Below, one piece after another: positions 1 to 8,500 of a DNA stretch of 32,162 bases (position 1 is its first letter; every line of letters begins with the position of its first letter). The notes under the pieces are model-generated. The model did no database searches and had not been told where the DNA came from. It was given only the letters and a program-made list of their open reading frames with translations. Source of the DNA: a virus (lineage: Duplodnaviria; Caudoviricetes); the IMG/VR virus record IMGVR_UViG_3300006851_000014, positions 1 to 32,162 of that record, one strand, 5' to 3'. Made by a program: the position numbers and the translations under genes.

Positions 1-3000
1 CAGAGGGGACGCATACGCCTCCACGTTCTGTCTTACCCGCTGGGCCGTCCACATTCGGATGGTAGAGGACGAACCCGCTTCGGCCTCTGACTGCGATACG
101 GTAGAGGGTTTGCTGGCGACCTCCGACCACGAGGGCCAACGGGTAGCCGTTGCGGGCTTCCCCGTTACCTCAGACCAGGGGTGGGTGTGGTTGGCGGGCG
201 TGAACGTGTTGGGCTTCCCCGTAACTTCCGACCACGAGGGCCAACGGGTCGCCGTGGCCGGCTTTCCAGAGACCTCTACCCAGCCATGCCCGTGCTGGGA
301 TAGGGCGTACCTCCCGTCGAGGTTGAGGCTGGCAACGCCGCCGACAACGCTGAGGACTTCCCCCTGGAATCGGAGGACGCCGGCCGTCGTCGGCCCTACC
401 ACGTCGTCTTCGAACTGGATCTGTGAGGAACCGCCCCCGGTGCCTGGGGAACCTGTGTAGGCCCACAGAGTCCCTTCAGGGGCCTGGTCGGAACCTGTAG
501 GCGCCCGCTCGGCCGTCTGAAGCCTCGTGAAGGGCCTGTCATCGGAGTCCGTAACGCTCCCCTCGAACACCACATCCCCGCCCACACTACCCCCCACCGC
601 CGGCCGGAAGTATCGGCCGTCCGCCTCCCCCTTGGTGTAGAAAGGTTTGGCCCCCGTCACCTCAGACCATGATGGCCACCGTGTAGCCGTTGCGGGCTTC
701 GAGGTCACTTCGGACCAGGGGTGGGTGTGGCCTTCTACGGAGACCCGCGTGTTGTTGTCGTATACAGCGCCCGCCCGAAGATCTCCCGCGACCCTAAGCG
801 AGTCGTCCATGAAGTCAAAACGGAATGGGCTGGAGAATCCTCCGCCGTTTTCGTGTCTACGGAACTCCAGGTACTCAACGATTGCCCGGTCGAAATACCA
901 GGTGGCGTTGGAGCTCCGAGTCGTGAAGTTATACGCCCGGTAGTTCCCGGTACCTCCCCCGATGCGGATGCTACCAAGAGTGGTCGCAAACTCCTTTGCT
1001 GACATCTCGGTCGGTAGGTCACTGTCTCCGTGCGTGTGCGCGCTAGGGGCGAACGTCGAGGGCTTGTTGGTGACCTCGGACCACGAGGGCCAACGGGTCG
1101 CCGTTGCGGGCTTCCCGGTTACTTCCCCCCAGGGGTGGGTGTGGGCGGTAGGGGTGTACGAGGCGGGCTTCCCGCTTATCTCTCCCCACGAGTGGGTGTG
1201 GCCCAGGGCCGAATACCTTCCGTCGAGGTCGAGGCTGGCAACGCCTCCAACCACGTCTAGTACGCTCCCCTGGAACTTCAACACAGAGGCCTCTACAGGC
1301 CCCAGGGAGTCGTCTTCGACCTGGATAGGGGTAACACCACCGCCGGGACCCGCAGAGCCCGTGTAGGCCCACAAAGTCCCTTCAGGGGCCTGGTCTGAGT
1401 CCGTGGGAGCGCGGTTCGAGGTCGTGAGCCTCGTGAAGGGGCGTCCGTCCCCGTCCTCTACCGCACCCGTGAGGAACAGGTCCCCGCTGATGTTACCTCC
1501 CACTGAGGGGCGTAGGTAGCGGGAATCGTGGTTGTGGTTCCCTCTCGGCACTTGGTTGCTTCCGGTGCCGAAGTCCACGGCCACGGTCCTCGACGAGGAT
1601 AAGGACCCGCCCCCGGTAAGCCCGGCGCCGGCCGTCAGGCTGGGGTACCCCGTAAGACGCCCCCAGCCCAGGGAGCCTGAGTGGGATTCCAACGTGTGGT
1701 TCTCAGGAGGGAAGACTCCCGGTACGTCGTCCAGGTCTCCCCAGGCCAGTCTGTCCCCGATCTTTCGGTAACGGCTGTCGAAGCTGATGGAAGCTACAGC
1801 GCCCGATCCTCCGATCTGGATGTCCGTGAATCGGAAGAGGCTGACCGTTCGGGGGGTTCCGTCCGAGCCCTCCACCTGTACCTGCGAGACTCCTCCGCTG
1901 CCGGGAGGGCCCGCGTAGGCCCACAGAGTCCCTTCAGGGGCCTGGTCAGAGCCTGTTGGGGCCCTGCTGGAGGTCTGAAGTCGGGTGAAGGGCCGGGCCT
2001 CCGGATCCTCGACAACCCCGGCAAACACTACATCCCCGTCCACGGTGCCCCCCACCGCCGGCCGGAAGTATCGGCCGTCCGCCTCGTTCTTCGTGTAGAA
2101 AGGGACCTCACCGGACACTTCAGACCATGAGGGCCACCGGGTAGCCGTGTCGGGTGCGTCATCGAGCTCTCCCCAGGGATGGCGGTGACTGAGGGCTGCG
2201 TAACGCCCATCCAGGTCGAACTCAGCGACCCCACCAACCACCGAGAACACGTCCCCTTGGAACTTGAGGAGAGAGGCTACGGCGGGACCCTCAGTGTCGT
2301 CCTCGATCTGGACGCTGGACGGGCCCCCGTCGCCGGGAACCCCCGTGTAGGCCCATAGGGTACCTACAGGGGCTTCGTCAGAGGCCGTAGGAGCCCTGTT
2401 GGAGGTCTGAAGCCGGGCGAAGGGCCGGGCCTCTCCGTCCTCTACGGTTCCAGTAAGGACCACGTCCCCGGAAATCAGCCCACCCACGTCAGGTCGGAAG
2501 AACCGGCCGTCGCTGTCCTCCTTGGTGTAGTAGCGCTCGTTACTGGCTTCCTTGGTGTAGTAGCGGCCATCGAAGTCGAGCTCGGCCACCGGACCGGAGG
2601 CGTTGATCAGGTCCCCAGGGAACTTCAGGAGCTCCGCGGTGAGTGGGCCTGTGATGTCATCCTCGATCTGGACCCTTGTGGCGGTCCCTTGGCCTGGATT
2701 ACCTGTGTAGGCCCACAGGGTACCTTCAGGAGCTTCGTCAGAGGTCGTAGGGGCCCTGTTGGAGGTCTGGAGCCTCGTGATCGGGCGCCCGCTGGTATCC
2801 TCCAAGCTCCCCCCGAAGACTAGATCTCCGGAGATCAGCCCCCCTACGTCAGGCCGAAAGAACCGACTGTCCGCGGCGTCCTTCGTTAGGAAGAGGTCGT
2901 CGATCTCGTCACGGGGGTAGTAACGCCCGTCCAGGTCGAACTCGGCCACCCCGCCCACTACGGAGAGGACATCTCCTTGGAACTTTAGGAGGGAGGCCAC

Positions 3001-3333
3001 GGTCGGGCTGGTGTTGTCGTCTTCTACCTGGACCTGAGAGACCCCGCCGGATCCTGGGGAACCTGTATAGGCCCATAGGGTTCCTTCAGGGGCTTCGTCA
3101 GAGGTCGTAGGAGCCCTGTTGGAGGTCGTGAGTCGGGTGAAGGGCCTGTCCTCACCGTCGAGGACAAGCCCATGGAACCTAGTATTCCCGCGTATCGACC
3201 CGCCAACCTCAGGGCGGAAATAGCGAGAATCTGCTTCTTCTATGGTTAGGTAGTTGCCACCCCCAGGGCCTCCCCCAGGGTAGTAGTAGGGCCGTCCAGG
3301 ATGCGACGGAAGGTTTGAATCACGCCGCGGCAT
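1..3333 (-). CDS. Large repeat-containing tail fibre-like protein (>=1111 aa, 3' end outside window; not in ORF track)
   Basis: ATG at 3333 with SD AAAGGAGG just after the terL stop. Manual translation is open to base 1 (MPRRDSNLPSHPGRPYYY...QRVRQNVEAYASPL). It contains six ~100-aa modules (..APTxSDxAPxGTLWAY..) plus HxH and ATRWPSWSEV repeats typical of phage fibres. Confidence 0.85.
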   Translation of the reverse strand, partial: MPRRDSNLPSHPGRPYYYPGGGPGGGNYLTIEEADSRYFRPEVGGSIRGNTRFHGLVLDGEDRPFTRLTTSNRAPTTSDEAPEGTLWAYTGSPGSGGVSQVQVEDDNTSPTVASLLKFQGDVLSVVGGVAEFDLDGRYYPRDEIDDLFLTKDAADSRFFRPDVGGLISGDLVFGGSLEDTSGRPITRLQTSNRAPTTSDEAPEGTLWAYTGNPGQGTATRVQIEDDITGPLTAELLKFPGDLINASGPVAELDFDGRYYTKEASNERYYTKEDSDGRFFRPDVGGLISGDVVLTGTVEDGEARPFARLQTSNRAPTASDEAPVGTLWAYTGVPGDGGPSSVQIEDDTEGPAVASLLKFQGDVFSVVGGVAEFDLDGRYAALSHRHPWGELDDAPDTATRWPSWSEVSGEVPFYTKNEADGRYFRPAVGGTVDGDVVFAGVVEDPEARPFTRLQTSSRAPTGSDQAPEGTLWAYAGPPGSGGVSQVQVEGSDGTPRTVSLFRFTDIQIGGSGAVASISFDSRYRKIGDRLAWGDLDDVPGVFPPENHTLESHSGSLGWGRLTGYPSLTAGAGLTGGGSLSSSRTVAVDFGTGSNQVPRGNHNHDSRYLRPSVGGNISGDLFLTGAVEDGDGRPFTRLTTSNRAPTDSDQAPEGTLWAYTGSAGPGGGVTPIQVEDDSLGPVEASVLKFQGSVLDVVGGVASLDLDGRYSALGHTHSWGEISGKPASYTPTAHTHPWGEVTGKPATATRWPSWSEVTNKPSTFAPSAHTHGDSDLPTEMSAKEFATTLGSIRIGGGTGNYRAYNFTTRSSNATWYFDRAIVEYLEFRRHENGGGFSSPFRFDFMDDSLRVAGDLRAGAVYDNNTRVSVEGHTHPWSEVTSKPATATRWPSWSEVTGAKPFYTKGEADGRYFRPAVGGSVGGDVVFEGSVTDSDDRPFTRLQTAERAPTGSDQAPEGTLWAYTGSPGTGGGSSQIQFEDDVVGPTTAGVLRFQGEVLSVVGGVASLNLDGRYALSQHGHGWVEVSGKPATATRWPSWSEVTGKPNTFTPANHTHPWSEVTGKPATATRWPSWSEVASKPSTVSQSEAEAGSSSTIRMWTAQRVRQNVEAYASPL
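307..3222 (-). repeat. Six copies of a ~300-bp (~100-aa) coding module at about 2920-3222, 2560-2865, 2200-2505, 1768-2073, 1213-1521, 307-615
   Basis: Each copy runs from R(Y/F)(F/L)RPxVGG through RP(F/I)xRLxTxxRAPTxSDxAPxGTLWAY to D(G/S)RY. The first three have an exact 360-bp period. Exact DNA repeats: 38 bp at 590-627 and 2048-2085, 33 bp at 457-489 and 1915-1947. Confidence 0.9.
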
Positions 3334-3347
3334 CCGCCGCCTCCTTT

Positions 3348-5033
3348 CTAGTTCAGATTGATGTATGAATGACGCCTAGACCCTCCGCCCAAGGCGTGCT
3401 CCATGAACTTCCGGATCTCCTCCTCCATGAGCTCCTCGCGCCGGGCCTCAATGGCCTTGTCCCGGTCCTGGTTCATCCGTTCCACCCAGTATTGACAGGC
3501 CATGGCAACGGCCTCCAAGCGGTCCTCATGGGCGAGGGCGCCGCGGGTGTTCTCCATCCGGGTGAACTGGTAGACGAGGGAGTAGGCTCGCGTCCGCTCC
3601 TGCTGGAGGAGTTCGATATCCTTCTCGATCACGCGGCGGTCTACGACGAGGCGGTGCTGCTGGACCACGGGCTCAAGGGTCTGGAGGATCCGGGACTCCT
3701 TCATCCCCACAGACCACCCGTTCCATTCCTCGTCGATGACTCCGGTGCCCATTTCCCGGAGGTACGGCTTCAGGAGCTCGTCGAACATCCCGCCGCCGTA
3801 GTTCTTCTCGGTGATGATCTTGTGGGCCCCGTGCCGCGCCGCGGCGGCTGCAAGGGCCTTGAGGGTCTCTTCCGAGTAGCCATCCCGGAATCCGCCCACG
3901 TCCACGAGGTAGAGCGTTGAGTGGAGGATCTTGACAATCGCGTAGGCGAGCTCGTCCTTACCCCGTCCGCTGGGGTCGATCGCCATAACGGTCCCCGTGT
4001 AGGGGGCCATCTCGTCACTCTTCCAGGCGGGCCGGTAGTAGCGGTCGCCCGCGAAGCCTCCGGGCGGGAGGTCCTCAATGGCGAGACTACGCTCCTTCCC
4101 CCACACCATCTTGACTGGGGCGATGTCCTTGTCCAGGTCGGTGACGATGAGGTCGGAGAGCTTGAGAGGGTGCTTGTCGGCCGCGCTGGGGCTCGTGTCG
4201 AGCATGAACTGGAGCGCGTAGCCGGACTTGCCGTACTCGGCCAGCTTCTCATCCAGGACAGGGCGGGGAAACCGGACCGGATCGACGGGATCCCCAGGCT
4301 TCGCCCCTTCCTCGATCATTCGCTGGACGTAGGGCGCGAGGGTGCCGTCGTAGTTGTCAGGGTGTTCAGGGATCTCGGCGGGCCACACCAGGACTCGGTA
4401 GCCCCGGCGGGGGAGCTCGGTGTAAAGGCTCTCCTCCACCTGGGGGGTACCCAGGTAGATGATCCGCGCGTGATCTTCAGGCTTCAGGATCGCAGCGAAC
4501 TCCTTCGTGGCCTCCTTCAGCTTCTCGCGTAGGTGGTGCGTGTAGGAGTTCTTCGGGATCTCAACGTCGTCACCGATGATGAGGTCGGCGCGTGTCCCGG
4601 TGATCTGGCCGGTGATGCCGGCACTCTTGAAGCTGGGGTCCTTGGCGGGCTTTGCAGGGCCTACATGGAACCCCTTAGAGGAGCTCCGGTCCCGTGGGGG
4701 CTCTAGGAACTGGAGGAGCGGCATCTCGCGAATCATCTGAAGCACGAACTTCGAGATGTCGTTCGCGAGATCACCGCCGGCGCTGACCACCTCTACCTTG
4801 AAATCTGGATCCCTGAAAAGGTTCCAGAGGGCGAAGGTAGCCGTGATCCAACTCTTCCCCACGCCCCGGAAGGCCATGATGACCATGTACTTCGGGCCGT
4901 GCTGTAGCCACCATGCGATGTCTAACTGGACCGGCGTGGGTGGGGGAAGGCCTAGAAAATCCCAAACCTGCACGAGGAACACCCTGAAGTCGTCAAGGCC
5001 CGCAGCCTTAATCTCTTCGGGTGTGTATCTCAT
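3348..5033 (-). CDS. terL: Terminase large subunit (T7 gp19-like)
   Basis: Walker A AFRGVGKSWIT, GITGQITGTRADLIIGDDVEIP, nuclease IDPSGRGKDE, and C-terminal HEDRLEAV, all characteristic of T7 gp19. Confidence 0.97.
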   Translation of the reverse strand: MRYTPEEIKAAGLDDFRVFLVQVWDFLGLPPPTPVQLDIAWWLQHGPKYMVIMAFRGVGKSWITATFALWNLFRDPDFKVEVVSAGGDLANDISKFVLQMIREMPLLQFLEPPRDRSSSKGFHVGPAKPAKDPSFKSAGITGQITGTRADLIIGDDVEIPKNSYTHHLREKLKEATKEFAAILKPEDHARIIYLGTPQVEESLYTELPRRGYRVLVWPAEIPEHPDNYDGTLAPYVQRMIEEGAKPGDPVDPVRFPRPVLDEKLAEYGKSGYALQFMLDTSPSAADKHPLKLSDLIVTDLDKDIAPVKMVWGKERSLAIEDLPPGGFAGDRYYRPAWKSDEMAPYTGTVMAIDPSGRGKDELAYAIVKILHSTLYLVDVGGFRDGYSEETLKALAAAAARHGAHKIITEKNYGGGMFDELLKPYLREMGTGVIDEEWNGWSVGMKESRILQTLEPVVQQHRLVVDRRVIEKDIELLQQERTRAYSLVYQFTRMENTRGALAHEDRLEAVAMACQYWVERMNQDRDKAIEARREELMEEEIRKFMEHALGGGSRRHSYINLN

Positions 5034-5034
5034 A

Positions 5035-5301
5035 TCATTCCATGACTCGGAGGAACTGCTCGTTGAGGTCGTCGTCGAAGGCGATGTGCTTTGTCAGTTT
5101 ATCTTTGAGGCTCTGAGGGATGGCTTGCAGGTCGAAGGTCCAGCCGTTACGGAGGAGGAGGTCCTGAAGGTTCTTACGGTCCTGGGCCGTCGCCTCCCCA
5201 CTATCGAGGAGGGCTTCGTAGGCCTTGAGGAGCTTGTCCTGGAGCCTCTTCGCGATCTCGGCATGGGCCTCGACCCGTTCCCGCTGTGGGTCGTGACTCA
5301 T
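5035..5301 (-). CDS. terS: Terminase small subunit (T7 gp18-like)
   Basis: 88-aa helical protein immediately upstream of terL, with an SGEATAQD..LLLRNG pattern resembling Autographiviridae TerS. Confidence 0.75.
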   Translation of the reverse strand: MSHDPQRERVEAHAEIAKRLQDKLLKAYEALLDSGEATAQDRKNLQDLLLRNGWTFDLQAIPQSLKDKLTKHIAFDDDLNEQFLRVME

Positions 5302-5305
5302 AGCT

Positions 5306-5515
5306 CTACAGGATTCTGAGGAGGGCGGCGTAGAGGGCCCCCAGGAGCGCGAAGGCCCCGGTGATCCATGACCGCCAGTTTTCTAGCGAGCGGACCCGCT
5401 GCTCCATGACTGTCTCACGTTTGACGCGCTCGTGCTCCAGATGGAGGAGGTGGTCCACCTTTCCCTCTAGGCGTCCAAAGGCCTGAAGGAACTCGGTGAT
5501 GCTGAAGTCATTCAT
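5306..5515 (-). CDS. Small coiled-coil protein with C-terminal transmembrane helix (holin/XhlA-like candidate)
   Basis: GRLEGKVD..RVRSLENWRSW followed by hydrophobic ITGAFALLGALYAALLRIL. Sits at the T7 gp17.5 holin position. Confidence 0.55.
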   Translation of the reverse strand: MNDFSITEFLQAFGRLEGKVDHLLHLEHERVKRETVMEQRVRSLENWRSWITGAFALLGALYAALLRIL

Positions 5516-5531
5516 CGGTGGGTTGTGGAGG

Positions 5532-5561
5532 GGGCCCTGAGGGTGCGATCCCCCAGGGCCC
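5532..5561 (-). other. GC-rich intergenic hairpin (processing or stabilising site; no U-tract)
   Basis: GGGCCCTG...CAGGGCCC inverted repeat between the gp16-like stop and the next gene. Confidence 0.45.
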
Positions 5562-5578
5562 GGGGGTGATGGGAGGGG

Positions 5579-8500
5579 TTAGAAGCCGAGGAGCTCCTCG
5601 TCCCGTTCGAGTTGTCCGGTGCCGATGAACCCTTCGAGCCGGCGCTCGGTGAGGGCCTGCATCTCCTCGCGGAGCTTTGGGTACTCCAAGAGGATCTGCT
5701 TCTCGGCGGCGCGGTAATACCGCGAGACCAGGCGGCGGGCCATCTCGTGACGGGCGCCGCCCCGGAAGGTGTCGTTTCCAGCCCCGAGCCTCTGGAAGGC
5801 CTTACTCTGCACGAGGTCCCGTAGGGCCTCCCGCAGGGGCGGGCCCCAAGAGGGGTTGGACACGATCTCGAACATCCGATCGTAAGGGCTCTGGCCGGTG
5901 CCGTTGTCGTACTTCTTCCGGTCGGCTAGGTCGATCTTACCCTCCATACGGGTCCGCTGGGGGTAGGGCAGGGCCTTACCGAGGTCCGTGAGGGCCTGGA
6001 AGGTCTCCCAGTCCTCCTCGACCTTCATGGTGGTGAAGGGGTTCAGGAAGCGGTTGACGTAATCGCCCACCCCGCCGAACTCCATCCCGAAGGCCATGGC
6101 CGGCTTCAGAACAGGCTCCCCAAACAGGTTCCGCCGAGGCTCCAGTTGGTCGGAGAACCCGGGGAGCCTCCTACGGAACTCGTCTACGAGGGACCGAGCC
6201 TCCCGAAACACCTCGTCGGCGTTGATCTGGTTCAGGAAGTTGGGGGTGAACGAGGTCGCCATGTTCGTGAGGGTGCGCTTCACCACCTCCGGGTGTCCGT
6301 CCCCCAGGGCCTCAAAGACCTCTGAGAGCCCCGTGAGGAACGTCTTGGACGTGGCGGAAGCGGCAATGGCGGTTGCCACCGCGAACCCTACCTGTGTGGC
6401 ATCCTCCTCGCCCAGCTCGCCCGCGGCCTCCACGGCGTCCGCGATGATCCCCAAGGGTGTGAACTGAGGATCCCCGCGGTGGAAACTGATCTGCTCCCCG
6501 CTCGGGAGCCGGAAGGAATACGGCTGGTTGCCTAGGTCGCGCCACTGCTTCCGGACATTCGGATTGAAGGGTCCGCCGCCCGTGATGTGTCCGCCCATGG
6601 CGAGTACGGCAGCCGAGCCCCATAGAACCCACCCGGCCTCCAAGCGGGCCTTGGCAATCTCTGCACGGTACCCGCCGGCGGCGAGGTCCTCCCGTAGCTG
6701 TCTCTGGAACCGGCCCAGCACGGGTGTCCGCTGCCAGGTAAACCGGAAGAGGTTCACGGGGGTCCTCACGAAGGGTAGGATGAAGCGTAGGAAGGGGTGC
6801 TCGTTGACGGCGCGTTGTATCGTCTGTCCGAACCCGTAGCCGAGCTCGTTCTGGAACGTGACGTAGCGCGAGTTCTCCAGGGCGAAGGGGTTCAGGGCGT
6901 GTCCCTCCTTGGTGAAGGCCCCTTCGAGGGCCTCTGCTGCCCTCTTGGCGACGTACTCGTGGAACTCCTTGGTGCCCCTACGGAGCCCACGGGTTACGGC
7001 GTCTTCCCGAGCCGTGGCCTTCGCCTGGGCGAGGACGTGGCCGCGGTAGGAGAGTTGTTTGAAGAACTCATCCGTAGCCATGAGGGCCCTTCCGGGAACC
7101 CCCACCATGGTCTTCGCCCACTGGCCGATGGTGTTCAACGGGCTGGGGCCCATGGCGGTAAGCCCCTCGTCCGTCCTGAAGGAGGGGTCGAGGATGTTCA
7201 TGTCCGAGGTCCAGGACTTACGGGCCATGGAGAAGGCCTCGGAGATCGAGGAGAAGATCCCTCCGATCTCGTCCCGGCCGTAATCCACGAGCTCCCTGTT
7301 CCCGCTCCTCAGTCCCGCCCACATGTGCTCGACGGGGACCTGGAACAGGGTGATGGCGTTGCTAATGGCGTTCACCAGGAAGGTCTTGGGACCGCTCAGG
7401 AGCATATTGGTCCGGAACCAATTGATCTTGTCCATGAGCCTGGGGTCGTTATCCCAGTTCCGGTGTACGTTGACGGTGTGCTCCAGGACCTTACGGATGA
7501 GCTCAGGGTTCCCCTCAGCCATCCTGAGGTTCCTAGCGAGCTCCCTAGCCTGGGCTGGGGTGAGTGCGGAGCGGCCCCCGGCGGTTTCTGCCCCGGCCTG
7601 GAGGGCCTCCTGGGCTGCTTTACCCACTTCGCTGGGTAGCTGGCCGGCCTTCTTCATGAAGTTCAGGAGTCGGCCGGACTCCGATCGTCCGCCTAGTACA
7701 CGGAGCTGGATATCCGCGAAGGCCTCCACCATCTCTTCAAGGAGCCCCTGGAGCCCAACAGCCTCAGGGCCGTCCATAAGGTCGAGCGCCCGCGCAACGC
7801 GCGAGATGTCACCGGCCAGGGCGTGTAGGACCATGAACCCGGCGTCCAGGTTCACCGCGGCCTCGTCGAGGTTCGAGGAACCTAGGTCAGCCGCCCAGTT
7901 CCGGAGGTCGTCAAGGGTCGCACCGTTACCGAAAACCTCCTTGAACTTCGTCAGGGCGCGCTCGTGCAGCTCCTCATAGGTCTTGGGAGCCGCCGAGTCG
8001 AGGAACCGGGCACCCATGTGCTCCTTCTTCAGGGCCTCCTCTACGGCCTTCGAGAGGACCTTCGTGTCCTCGTAGTTCTTGACCAGGAGCCCTAGGTTGA
8101 TTCCCCACTGCTGCTGGAGGTCGAAGTAGTCCGCGCCCTCGTCGAGGGCCTTGCGGTACTCCTTGACGGCCTTCTCGATCTTGGCCTGGGGGAGCTTCCG
8201 GACAGAGCCTTCACGGGCTCGGATTATCGTATCCAAGGCCGCGGTCTGGCGCTCGTTCCTGTAGATAATCCGGTCGAGGAGCTCCACGTCGTCGGGGTGG
8301 AACTGGATCTCGTACTCCCAGGGGAGCGTGGTGGATTGACCGGGATGGGGGATGTCGGCCTCAAGCGGTCTGAGCTCGATGGGCTGTACCCCCTTCCTCG
8401 CCCCCACCTGGAAGATGTTCAAATCCTCAAGGTCGTATTGGGCGAACTGGTCGATGATGCCCCGCACCCCGTCCGCGTGGACAATGAGGGTGCGTCTTAT

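Noticed and set aside
59-3206. Many short overlapping ORFs on both strands in the ORF track
   Set aside because: They are shadow frames of the single 1-3333 minus-strand ORF; their repeated text mirrors its repeats.
1-3333. Repeats as a CRISPR array or DGR template/variable pair
   Set aside because: The repeats are in-frame coding modules with mostly synonymous divergence. There is no constant repeat-spacer period, no adenine-specific mismatch pattern was noticed, and no reverse transcriptase or cas gene is present.
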